From contig CM022679.1 in assembly GCA_012295275.1 (NCBI GenBank), positions 11,718,001 through 11,782,000 on the forward strand: a stretch of 64,000 bases of DNA, in the 5' to 3' direction. The DNA comes from Chrysomallon squamiferum (lineage: Eukaryota; Animalia; Mollusca). The position numbers and the translations under genes are program-made. Positions within the stretch are counted from its first letter, which is position 1. Each line of letters opens with the position of its first letter. The notes under the pieces were generated by a model. The model was not told the origin of the DNA and searched no databases. It saw nothing but the letters and a program-made list of their open reading frames with translations. Of this stretch, positions 14,560 to 27,870 are shown piece by piece.

Positions 14560-14960
14560 TGACAACATAACGAGCTGCCGGTTGTTTGTTATTCCTTCAC
14601 TCCTCTTGACTCGAACGACTCGAGGACGTAACACTCGCTATGGTATCTCCATGCACCTTCACATGTCGACTTAAGATGCGTATGGCGTAGCTGTGCGATA
14701 CGCTTTTCGTATTCTTTACGCTGTCTACCGAGACGACCAATCAGTTGAAGCCGTTCTCTCTGCCTCGGGAATCGTTTTTATGCTTCATTTCCGAAATCTC
14801 GTCTCTTATTTTGACATGCGCTGGTTTTTCCCCTACGCATTTTATCAAAGAGACCGCAAAATTCCGTCACCACCAACGCATTCTGATTGAACAGGGTGGA
14901 CACCCCGGCGTTTATAATCCTGTTAGGTTTATAGGTTACCTGTCACGTGGCTGTTACGCA
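14560..14960 (-). promoter_or_regulatory. CpG-rich promoter and 5'UTR of the neuregulin-like gene
   Basis: Dense CpG from about 14400 to 14960. There are two minus-strand TATAAA boxes (14916-14911, 14933-14928), an E-box GTCACGTG at 14942-14949, and an Inr-like TCAGAA at 14886-14881, about 30 nt downstream of the proximal TATA. Confidence 0.6.
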
Positions 14961-15669
14961 TCAATGCCTGTATGGAAAAAGAAAATCGGAGTGAACTAAT
15001 GGATAATGCACATCTAGTGAATAATCGTTGTAGACAATAATGTTATCAAATTCATAGCGGTAAATCAGCATAAGGAAATTAATTCAGTAAATGAAAGAAA
15101 GGTGAAGAAAAAAAAAGAAAGAGGAAATGGATATTTATTTATTTTACGCAAATGAGTTTATATTTCTATAACAGTAAAATTATATATGAAAAATACATAT
15201 GTATATTAGCTGTAATAAATAAATAAATAAATAAAAAAAAAAAAAATATTTAAAAAATATATATATATATATTAAAATTAAAATTAAAATTAAATAATAC
15301 AATAAAATTAAATAAACAAATATTAAAATGCAGTAAATAATAAAAACGTCTATTGAAATACAATTACATAAAAAAAAAAAGAAGATGATTATGAATAAAA
15401 TCAGCTTAATACTTGAAATCAGCGTGCTTTCTACATCAGTAACACGCTCCGCATTGTCCTGGCTGAAAAATGTGCTGTGAACACAGCTTAACGACCAGCT
15501 AGCTTTACCATAACGTTTTGTATCCGTTTCTAATACCTTTTTGTAATAAAATGAAATTATACTGATTTGTGACTTCATGCTGAATGCAAGCTGAACAAGT
15601 ATACATTCATGAAATATATCTTTGTACGAATTATCACAGTCCTGATTACAGTTGTTATTTTTATTAGCA

Positions 15670-15960
15670 GACTTAGTAGTTGTTGTAGTAGTATAGTAGT
15701 AGTAACAGTAGTGTAGTAGAAGCGATAGTGTATTACTAGACATAATAGTAATAGTAGTAAGTAGTAATAATGGTAGTAGTAGTTGTGTTTGTTGTAGTAA
15801 TAGTCGTAGTAGTAGTTGTAGTTGTATAATAGTACTAACAGTAGTATAGTAGAAGCGATAGTGTATTACTGGTAGTAATAGTAGTGGTAGTAGTTGTTGC
15901 AGTAATAGTAGTAGTAGTAGTAGCTGAAGGACGGGTAGTAGTAGAAATATTAGTAGCATA
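15670..15960. repeat. Degenerate (AGT)n array with an internal duplication (agaagcgatagtgtattact twice)
   Basis: Direct reading; it explains much of the Leu-rich 15180-15959 ORF. Confidence 0.9.
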
Positions 15961-16096
15961 ATAAATAAGTCAGCGGTAAGAGTTATAATATCAATGATAA
16001 AGTAGTAGGAATACTTTTTTAATTTAATTTTACAAACATTTATTTATTAATTTTGTTTGTTTTTTTTGTTTGTTTTGTTAATATTAATATTATTAT

Positions 16097-16135
<39 letters not shown>

Positions 16136-16666
16136 TATTTTTTTTTTATGAATTTGTGAATGTTCTTTTGTATGTGTAAGAAAATATGAACGTAAATGAG
16201 AAAATACGTAAACTATTTGATGAGACATTTCTAATAATAGACTCAGTATATTTAGAGTCATTGAATGTAATCCCAAGCACAAAAGCTATTTAAAACGCCT
16301 TTTCACGTTTTTTTTTTTTTTTTTACTTTTTTTAAATTCTTGTTTTATGTCGCCTACACTTCAAAACGTTAAAAAGAACAAGAAAACATTGTTGCGTCAT
16401 GACCAATGCGTGGTGTCCTGTGTATGACACGATCTTACCTGATATCTTATTACTCGATATCCGCTTTAACAAGCTCTTCAAGTTTAACGTGATTTAAAAT
16501 AATAAATAAATAAATAAATAATAATCATCATAATAAAAATATTAATATATATATATATATAAGAAGAAAAAAGGAAAAATTCACGGAAACACTTTAATGG
16601 CCATTTAGCAAAAATAATAGTGGTATCAAAATCACAACGCCAACAACAATAACAACAACAACAAGC

Positions 16667-16719
<53 letters not shown>

Positions 16720-16741
16720 TGATGATGATGATGATGATAAT
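16667..16741. repeat. (AAT)n(GAT)n microsatellite
   Basis: Direct reading. Confidence 0.95.
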
Positions 16742-19361
16742 ACAATTAATAAATAAATAAATAAGGACTTCTAAGCTCTTCAGTCTGGTATCATCGACAT
16801 TTTCTAGGATAAAATTAAATGCGAAGCAAAATAATAATCCATAAAATATTAACATTTATAACAAAAAGAGACACTCTACGTAGAAACAAAAGATCTCAGT
16901 ATAGTTATTAGGGATCGATACAAATATAGAGTATCGTCTGCCGGGACACGCAACATTAACAACAATCACTGTAGTGTGTTATCGGTTTCAAAATAAGTCC
17001 ATTTAGAGTTTTACATGAGCATTAATAGTGTTTATCTCAAATCCTAACAAATCTCAGTAAAATGTATTAATATGACGACATACTAACTAGATGGGATCCC
17101 TTTATTTTCAGCTCTAAAGCAACTTATTTTTGCATTTGCATTACCACTTAGATCATTCTTATGTACATACTGGCAGATGTAGATATACATATAGAAAGAT
17201 AATTAAACACATTCGCGCATGCATAAGTACTAATAAACTAATGCATGCGTACGTACGTAGATTCATAAATAGATTCATTCATATATATACATACATACAT
17301 ATACATACATTCACACATACATACATACATACTTAAATACATACAGAGGTAACCGCATGCATACATCGATAAATATAAGTCTAGACAGATTCTGTGTTTC
17401 AGTTTAAAATTCCCTGAACTGGTCTTAAAAACATATTATCAAAGAAATTAGATGAAAAAAAAAAAAAAAAAATATTTTAAGCTGAAACATCCCTTCGTGA
17501 GGCTGAAATCAATTTGTTCATCTAAAAATATATATATAAATAATAATAAGACACCCTGGATGGGAAAAAGTGACACATTTTCATTTTCCGTTTTCCCAAA
17601 GGCAATTGCTACTGTCTTTAAAGCCCGTATTATTTTCCGACAAAAAGCGTCGATCGTGACATTTTATTCTTTGGGTGGGTTCACGTTTAAAATTATCACC
17701 AGATATATAAAAAGTAAGAAAATAGCTGTCAATGCTGATGGTGTTCATGGTAGGTCTTCCTTGACCATGGACTAATCCTAAACTGATTCTATTTATTATT
17801 ACAAATTACTGTAATTAACTGAAATTATAAAACCTACTCTTTAATAAAGTGGGACGTGGAGGTGAAAATATTACATGAAAAAAAAAACGAAGGAAAAGGT
17901 TACTTGTTTTGTGATCTTTACTTGTTACTGAACAGGGTAGTATTAAGTTTTCAAACAAATAAAACAAAAGAAAGGCGATGTTTTCTGATAGTCGTCAGTA
18001 TGCAAACAAATCCGGCTTTGGGGAGCAAACACACCCGTTTAGCTAACATAATAATTGTAATGTGGACAATTTACACAAGAAGGGCAGGTCAATAACTTCT
18101 TCCGGTGATTTCACTTCCGAATGAGAGGTGTATGGTGCATTTACAGACGTGGGCACGTAAAACAGGTGACTCTAAAAATGCTAATAAAAATATACCTGCA
18201 CCATCCCTCCAGAAAGTGGACTGATTTATGACGTTCATTTAATAAATAATAATAAAATACATGCTATAATTTTGATAGGACATTATAAAGAATTTGTTAA
18301 TGCTTTTATTAGACATATAAAAATCAAAAATCAAAATCAAAAATAAAAAACTCAAATCAAATCAAGAAAGAAAGAACGAAGAAATAAATGAATGGATTTG
18401 TGGCGTAGAAATGATCGGGAACTTTTAATTGTGAGTTTGTGCGATGAACCATTGTACAGATTCATTTAAAATAATAAATAATAAATAAATTAAAGAAAAA
18501 GAAAAGAAAAAGAAAGTGAGAATTAATGTGAAATCCACACTTTTCTGAGTCATACGGAAATTTTTCTCTTAAATATTAAACAACCCAACTGTTTTACATT
18601 AAAAATATGTGTCTTTAAGGAATGTTATTAAGATAATAAAAAATTCACATAGCTTTTTATATAATGTATAAACAAATAAAATGAATTTTAGAAAAAATAA
18701 AAAATAATAATAAAAGACGATGAAGAAAAAGCAAAGATGAGAAGAGCAGAAACAAGCCATACAAGCCATAAAATATAGTAAGTTTATTATTAGCTTTATT
18801 GTTACTGCTACTATTACTACAATGACTACTGATATTGCTACTATTGCTATTGCACTGATATTGTAAAAATACAAAAAATCGCATGTAAACATTGGTCTAG
18901 CGGTGCTGCTATATTTAAGTACAGACTATAGAACCCGGAAAAGTAGCCATCAACCAATGAGAAAAAAGAAAATCCGGAACTGAGACACCGGCTTTCATAC
19001 TGGGTGCACGTGCTCTCTGTTCTTACCCATAGCAACGTTAGTAAACTAAGCTGCCTGTTTGAATCGATAGCGACAGGCGCAAGTCGCTACTGAAATGCTA
19101 TGATTAATGTATTAAGTTAGTTATTATGGCAGCAGGTATGTGTCTAAGATATTGCATAAAACGAAAGCGTAATGGACAATGCATGTTCAGTTCACACAGA
19201 AATAAAAGGAATGTTTATGTAATAGAATCGCACTTCATTACTATCGTTTTAGCTATGTTGTAATAAAATTAATAAATCAAAAGCCTTAAGAAATAGCCTA
19301 GATGAAGGACAAACAAAACTATAAAATCTTTATTCGTGTATAACTGCATTGTTAAGACAAA

Positions 19362-19577
19362 ACACACACACACACACACACACAGACACACACACACACA
19401 CACAGACAGATCCTCAAATCACCACCAACAGCAAAGAACAAAGAAACAGAAAGAAAATCTTACAGAAAGAAAAAACATAAAGTTCAGAGCTGAGAGCAAA
19501 TAAATTAAATTTAAATTTAACATTTCCCAATTTTTCAAATATAATTGCGTAATTACGAATCTTATAATAACCATGTA

Positions 19578-19628
<51 letters not shown>
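19362..19628. repeat. Two (CA)n tracts (about 19362-19410 and 19580-19628)
   Basis: Direct reading. Confidence 0.9.
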
Positions 19629-19632
<4 letters not shown>

Positions 19633-20516
19633 CAACAATTTTAATAATTTCTCTAAGAAAATTGAAAAGGAATGAATTTAAAGGTTTTAGTGGTTACAGC
19701 TTAGTCCTGAGTGGTGGGTCGCAGTTCAGTTCCATATATGTTTACAAATACAACTGTAAACTGAACATGCTTATAAAAGATCACTGAAATGGCTTCATTC
19801 TGTATCATCATTATACTAAAATGCAATGTCTGACACACAATAACCTTTAACAATAATGTGTTGAAGTGTCTTTAACTACGTGTTATTTTATTTTTTTCTC
19901 TGATAATTATCAACACTGTAGTAATGATAACAACTGTGTTTTGTCTTCTATTTCTTAACATTAATTTTAGCATCAAGATTCCTTATCGTCTCTTCTTCAC
20001 CAGCCCTCTTATGAGGAAAAACCTCCAGACGCTGTCGAAGATAATATCCAGTAATTATTTATGGAATAGTTCCTGACCCTACAAAGCCTTATTTATCGGT
20101 GTCTATAGTGTTTTTACCCCATCTGGAACCGAGGCAACGTTAACCTTACCATTATGTTAATAACAGACTAATAACAGCAAAGCGCGTAATATGTCGGAGA
20201 CGCGTTAAGTGACAAATTAACATGCCAAGAAGACAATTTATTTCGCCAGCCATTGGTTTCTGTATGGATCTCGCGTGCTAATATGTAAATATGTCTCTTG
20301 TGAGTAGGGCCGTTGCATGGTAATGTTAATGACATCTTTTGACTCTTGCCCAATTTCATAAACGAAGTTGTTCATTACCGCATACATTTGACTTTTTTGT
20401 TCTGGATCCTATCACAGACATAGACGAGCTGTATAGTATTATCTGTGTGAAGGAATTTCATCAAACTGTTTGGCTAAACGACTGACATTTGTGCACGCTA
20501 GAAGTATATTATGTGA

Positions 20517-20521
<5 letters not shown>

Positions 20522-20611
<90 letters not shown>
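20522..20611. repeat. (TC)n microsatellite
   Basis: Direct reading. Confidence 0.97.
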
Positions 20612-20614
<3 letters not shown>

Positions 20615-23600
20615 CTCTTTTTTTCTTTCCTTGAATATATAATATCCGTTTATGCCTTAATTCATATATTTTCAAGATGGAGATATCAGTTTTTAAATAT
20701 ATCTGAAGTATATCATAATAATTTTCTTTTCATAGTTATTTCAGAAAGAAATTTATCTGTAAACCAGAAAGTGTTCCATACAGGAACATATGTATCAGTT
20801 CTGCACCAGTAAGTTGATAGGTAATAAACAAAAAGTAGATACAATACAGTGGTCACCAAAAGTGTAGAAATTTTCAAGAACAAGACACGCACGTTATAGA
20901 AACTTTTTCAGTCAGACGAAGATCAGGTAATAATTTTTTTATAACCCCTCAGCTACCCCCCCCCCCAAAAAAAACCATCCAACATATTTAGTTGAATAAT
21001 CGGATATAAGTCAAATACTGTTTTATTATAAGATGTTTTAAAGATTAACATTGTTAAAGAATATCAGATAACTACATATATCGGCCATCAAATCAGCAGG
21101 CTTTCATAGAATCTCGACTACTGATCGTAATACATCCACAAAAATCTTGGATGTTGATGGTTTTGATATTAAACCAAACGGTAATCCAGGTTTATGTTTC
21201 CTCACGTCTGTATTGGCTATTTATCAAACCTCTTTCGTGAACAGAGGCCCTAATGTGATTAATGCGATTGATATTAAAGAGGTGAACTCGCCATACCTGG
21301 ACATTTAATCAATGCCTGCAGAGGCAAAATGCGAACGGACGTTTAAACAGAAAATTGCATGACTCGATACCACATCGCAGCAGTGGCTCCCGTTATATGA
21401 TGATGAAAACGATAAAACGTTTTTCATCTTTCTCCAAAACAGTTTTCTAGTGTTAAAAGTAGTTCAGCTTTAAGGCAGTGCTCAGTAATTGATTTGCAGA
21501 GTGGTCTGGTAATGTTAGTTAACAGCTTAATTTATTTACTGTTCTAACTAATATTCTTCTGTTACATTTATTAAATAAACGCACAAGAATCCTCGCTGAT
21601 AAATATAATAACTGCATTGTGGTTTCTAATCGTTTTTAATGCAGAGTAATATTATCTTTATAATAGCTGTTCTTGAACTTACAGTCACTCCAGGAATATA
21701 ATTCTATATGTACATATTAAATGACTTCACTTAATCAGATCAGCTTATTATAAAATTATTAGTAAAAGACGCTTAAAACTTACGAAATGTATATGTGAGA
21801 GTGCGTCTGTGTTTGTGTGTATTTACACACACTAACTAAAATTTAATTTATAAAAATTACTCTTTCGATATATAGGCTACACGTACTTCTAAATACATTT
21901 CTATGAATAATGCTTAATATTACAAAAGTTTCCTTTAATATATTCTCGACCACTTTCCAAAATTAGATCTGTTGTATGTCTGTAAATAAACCACAGTGGC
22001 TTAGAGAAAACTAATTAAAACAGGAAAATTCTATATGCATCAGATTGGTCAGGTGTATTTTCATTTTTAATAAGTTTTCAGACACTGAGTTTTTTTCTAA
22101 TTTTGTACCTCGCTGTCTAAATATACTTTCTGAAACTGTTTTAAAAGAGGATTAAAAACTACTGACATTTATGTCCGTAACACAATAGTATAGTTTATAT
22201 CGGTATATGTTTCTATAAGCTTGATGATTGTCCTGCGTTTCAGATTTAGAACAATGCTGCTATTTTCGCAGTTGATTACCTCGATTTTTTCCAGAACTAA
22301 TATTTGTAATATACTAAGTAAAACAAATTAATCAGCCTTTGCTAAGAGTTTTAAAATAGCTCAACCAAAAGCTGTTTATTTACATCACTGCTATTTCAAA
22401 TACACATGGAATTTAATTTTCAAATTGAATAGAAAAAGTGACATTTTAAAATAAGTTTATCGTAAATTTTGCTTTAACTCTTGTCATTTCGTTAATGAAT
22501 TCATCTATCAGTCATTTTGTTTGAAATCCAAGCATTTCTGATTCTCGAGTCTGACTTAATGATTTTTCTATCTGGATCATAATAATCTTTATGGCATCGA
22601 TTACAGAAACACTGCAGATAACAGAAATAGATTTCTCTATTGTCAAGTGGTCGATATTTCACAACATGGTATTTATGAAAAGGAGATTAAACACTTTACC
22701 ACATTTTGTAACAAAAACGGTATCGTTATATGAATCTATATTCCTATAAAATACATTCAAAAATTATATATTATTAATAATGTCAGATAAATAACAAGTT
22801 GTAAGGATATATCTGGATCCATTAGATACAAGGAACATATTTATTAAACATCTAAAATAAAACCCATTCAGTGGTAGAAAAACTTTATCAAAAATATAAT
22901 AATTATAAACTAACAATGAAATAATTCATAAACAAAGCAATGAAAACAAAATAAGTAATGAACCAAAACATAATTAAAAAAAAAAAAATTAAATAATAAT
23001 AATTAAAGTAAATGAAAAGGCTTCTACCGTTAGAAAAAAAAAAAAAACACACAAAAAAAAAAAAACGAGACAAAACTGGAAAACATTCTGTTTACTAAAC
23101 TGAATTCTTCTTACAATAGTTAAGTTTTACAAATTCGCAGAAGATGGAGCATCTTAACTGAGTAATTCTACAACAGCGCAAACCCAGCGGACCAGTTAAA
23201 TAACACACATTTAAAGAACCGACATCTGCTGTAGATCATCTAGTGATTTTCTTAATAATCAAACACTTTGATCCAGAACAAATCAAATCTGAATATTAAA
23301 ACAGTCTATATGTCTTACTCTATCTGAGTGTCTCTCTCTCTGTGTCTCTTTTTCTCTCTTCGCGTCTGATTGTGTGTGTATCTGAATGGAAAAGCTTGAT
23401 CCACTTTAACGTATTTAGTATCAACCTTTTCAGCTAAATTTATTAATAATATTTCAGTTTGAATACAGCATTTCAGTAACTCTTTCAATATTCGCATGTA
23501 CATGCTTTGATTCCATCTAAATTCATTTACAAATATAATCAGACCTTCAAAGTCATTCAGCTTTAAAAAGTGTTGAGATGATTAACGTAAAATTTTCAAA

Positions 23601-24572
23601 TGGGATATTTAGGATCTTTATTGAAGTGTAAGTCAAAGAAGATGCAAATAATGTTGTTTGATTGCTTCTCTTTTTTTGTTTGTTTGTTTGTTGTTGTTTT
23701 TATGGCTATTTTTTTCCAGCATAAATTCTGCACACATCAATATTTAATTATCGATATTATATTTCAAATTATAGGCCAACGTAATATCGAATATAAAAAA
23801 TGTTTGCCTTAATACATTTAATGGTAAAGAAAAAAGGGGAGATAATGCCAATAATAATTCTCAATGCTAGAATTCTCGTCTGTCGACGGTTTAATATGTA
23901 ATAAATTTCTTCACTTTGAAATATTTTAATACGGTCATGAAAATTTATCGAACACTTTAAATGTGAACTAATAATGTTAGTGGAGTTACGTCCATCACGT
24001 ATTGATTTTTGTTGTTAGAAGTCTCGTGTGTATCTGCGGTCCAGAAGACGGACTAAAGAACTTATGAATGATACTAATGATCCTCAGATCGTTGTTTGAC
24101 CTGAATAAACTGTCGAACGTAGGTCATAAGCAAACTTGTTTTAACCACAACGATAACAACATCTATGCATTTTTGTTTTTCAATCTCTGACGAGGAACCG
24201 AATGTTTTCAGAATGGAAAAGGAAAGACCTGTCGGGCAGAAATACTCTTTCATTTATTACACAAATATATATTAAATGAGATCACATCATAACGTACCTA
24301 TCTGAACATCTACGCAAAACACATACACAATAGTCAACTAGACCACAACAGTAACTGCTATAGCTTCTGCTATAATACTGGTATTTTAATTCCTTTTGTT
24401 GTTTCTGTTATTTCTACCACTGTTTCTGATATACCATTTGCTCTGTTACTACTGCTGCTGATACTACGACTTCTACCATATAATTACTACTGCTATTATT
24501 AATACTATTTCTGTCACTACTACTTTTTCTGTTACAGCTGCTTCAACTACTACTTCTGTTATTACCATTTTA

Positions 24573-24610
<38 letters not shown>

Positions 24611-25805
24611 TCAAGTAATTTTATATTCTATCGATAGCCATGACTATTGAACCAAGACATTTAGTAACATCCATTTATGACATTAGATGTATTTTTCCTT
24701 TCCATTATCAAGATGAAATCTATACACTCAGATATATTTGCACTCAATAATTTAGATTGAGAAATGAAACACTAAACCAACTTGGCTATTATCAATATCA
24801 CTATATCCAGTTTCTATTTGTTTCGGTCATCTATAAATGTCCTGACTGGGGGTGGGGGGCGAAGTTGAATCAAGGGTATTTGCACTATGGGTTTATTGTC
24901 CAACGAAGACATAATTAGAATGACATAGATTGATAACCATACTGAACATATTTGAATTTTCCCAATATAGTAAACTGCTATTGTCTGGCAGAATGCTGTG
25001 CCTGCAATATATGAAACTGAGATACGATGGAAAGGTGACTGTTCGACATATCAATGGCGTTTTAGATGGAGCTGGTAATGTTGAAGGAACAAAGCAAGGT
25101 CATATCTAATAGAGCATTTGTTTAAATAATTATATTATTTACTTACATGAATATATATATATATATATATACATCAATTGTACTATTGATGAGTGTTTTT
25201 TCAGTATGTATTTATTTATTATTAAAAAAAACCTCGCGCTACAAAAAGATCGCCTAAATACAAGTTACTGTAACTAAAAATACGTCTATTTCAATAAAGT
25301 AATTTCTTTTGTGATTAGAAAATATTAGAAAAAGACCCGGTACTTTTTAGACACGAAAGACATATGTAAAAGTTTTGCGGTGTTATATTTTGAACGTACA
25401 TTTAACTGAAACCTTCTATCATGGGCACTGGCTTTGGTAGTAACAAATTAAATTTATTTTGAACGGCTGTATTATGAGAATATAAGTTTCATTATATATT
25501 TAAAATTCTGCCTTTACTATTTTATTAATAAACTGATTTTGAACAGGATAAAATATTTCATAAAAACGAAACAAAACGTAAATTTATAATTGTTTTTCTT
25601 GTCAGATATAGGAAGACAAATTATTTTGTACATTCCTTAACAGTGAATGTGAATGTGAGCGTACATATATCATATACAAACGAATGTATTATACACGTTT
25701 AATACTAATAAGCAACATGGCATTACATATGGAATATAATTTAATTTATTCGTTGCTATAATCCGATATTTAATTTAGTATTTAATGATACATTAATATA
25801 TAACA

Positions 25806-25940
<135 letters not shown>

Positions 25941-26380
25941 CACTGTTTCAATGCCTCATTATGATTACTTTTTATTAAGTGTAAACTTGTATTGCTACCC
26001 AAGGGACAAATTCCTGCGTGCGGTAATTGATATATACCCCTGAAATATTTTCTTGATTATAATCGCTGCGGAAGTCATAGTTTCAGTTTTTACAATTATT
26101 TCGTTGACTCCAAAGTTTAATTTTATTCATGACTAACGTGCCAAGAACATTCCAGAGAGCGAGACGAGATAACGTTTTAAAACGAGCGAAGCTATCATTA
26201 TAATATCCGTGACATTGTATGAATGAATGCCGGAAATAAGCGATTTACTGTAGCCAATCAAAACGAACGCTGTCAAAAAATGTACTGGGTGCGGAATTTA
26301 TAAGGATGTTTACTTTAATTTTAGAAGTGCTTTATTATTAATTTCATATTAAAATCTGAATTTTAAAAGTAAATAGTTTT

Positions 26381-26418
<38 letters not shown>

Positions 26419-26724
26419 TTATTTATTAATGAAAATTATTTAAAAAAAAATAATAATAATAAAAAAAAAATTCCTAAGACACTTATTCATTCTTTTGTAA
26501 TCTAATCGCATTCTGCATCACTATAGTAAAATATAAAACCCACATTCAAAGTGGTTTGAAAAGCTAATGAAATGCGAGACGATTAATCTGTTGTACTTCA
26601 CTTTGATTGATGTTATCTGGTTTACATGCTTGTGAAACGAAAGCCTGCGGTTTTGCATAATTTATACTGAAGTCTAAAAATAATGCTAGTAGTAGAACTA
26701 GAAGCATCAGTAGCATGGGTAAAA

Positions 26725-26830
26725 CGGAAGGAAGGAATGTTTTATTTAACAATTCATTCAACACATTTTTAATCTAAAGTTACGTGACATCCAAACACTA
26801 TTCAATTAAGGAGAGAAAAAAAACCTGTGA
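26725..26830 (-). mobile_element. 3' tail fragment of the SINE-like repeat with (TTCC)n end
   Basis: ggaaggaaggaatgttttatttaac...caacacattttt; the reverse complement aatgtgttga...ttaaataaaacattccttccttcc resembles aatgtgttgaagtgtctttaa at about 19855. Confidence 0.4.
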
Positions 26831-27589
26831 CCAAACATGCATCGAATGCTTCATTCTAACAGTGGTCTGTATAACGCTTCCAGAGGTAAAAGTAATAAAC
26901 GTTATTACAGTTGTACGTAGTCAACAAATTCCTTAATAAAAATACAGGTGGTAAATCCGCTCACTGTTTTCATTACAATATCAGACGCTTCTATCATTTC
27001 TGATACGAAAATGTATTTAAAGTCATTATACAACATCATAATTCGAAGTCTGTGTTTTCTAAATACCAACGTCCGCGTTTGTTTTTCATTAAGATTCTTA
27101 ACAGGTAGCGCAGTTGAAACAGTGACATTTGCACTAATTACTCGGCGCATTTGTGTCCCTGTTACGGATAACTTTCGTCATTTTGTCTTCTACAATGACA
27201 CCCACTGTCTTAGTGTGAAACCACAAACTAGGTGACACGCTCCACTTTCAAGTAGCGGATGTAGGATGGTAGCAGCGTCTTTGAAACCACAATAACAAAA
27301 TGTATAAGTGTTTAATGTTATGTAAATGTACTGAAGTAGAATAAACAAATCGTTTCCCAGAGCTAAAGTGAATAAAATTAATAATAATTAAACGACTGTG
27401 AACTTATTATCAAACCACTCCTCGCTGCATCCTCACGTTGTTCACTTTTGTTTCCCTGTTTGTTTTCAAGCATAGGACAGCTTAATATAAATATTGTGGT
27501 TGAAAGAAGAGAAACACAAAAAGATATACAAGGTAAAAGAAATAATAATAAATTTTAAGATATTGAGAAGAAAAAGAAAAATGTTAGCT

Positions 27590-27870
27590 CGATATCAGCA
27601 GTAGGTCCCGAAGCGTGGCAATCCTTAAGACTGTTTCCCGTTCCAACCAATGTCCCACGACTGGTTTATCACAGGCTATGTATTTTCATTTGTAATGAAA
27701 GCATATTTAAAAGACTCCTCACTGCAAAAACTAATAATATTTATAGCCCAGATACCGTCGGTTTCCGGTGTATTTTTTCATGTTATCATTGATCAAAATA
27801 CATGTATAATATTTAATAATCATTGCCAGTATAATTTATTACGGTGTCTTTAAATAAATACACATGTTGA
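27590..27870 (+). mobile_element. Degenerate SINE-like interspersed repeat
   Basis: ccaaccaatgtcccacgactggtttatcacaggctatg...taaaagactcctcactgc...gtgtctttaaataaa. It shares segments with the reverse complement of 43640-43730 and with the tails at 19850-19880 and 26725-26790. It resembles a gastropod SINE family as I recall it; this was not verified. Confidence 0.45.

Noticed and set aside
14277-14999. Plus-strand ORFs at 14277, 14693 and 14745
   Set aside because: Antisense to the NtA exon and its GC-rich 5'UTR; stop-poor because of local GC content.
15180-15959. 259-aa ORF, the longest in the track
   Set aside because: It is built from (AGT)n and AT-rich low-complexity sequence, giving Leu/Ile/Phe runs with no domain-like content.
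16434-16441. Consensus minus-strand donor CAG|GTAAG upstream of the neuregulin-like gene
   Set aside because: About one such 8-mer is expected by chance in the window, and no exon or promoter could be tied to it.
26020-26330. CpG-rich segment with CCAAT that resembles a non-autonomous DNA element
   Set aside because: No terminal repeats, target duplication or second copy could be seen in the window.
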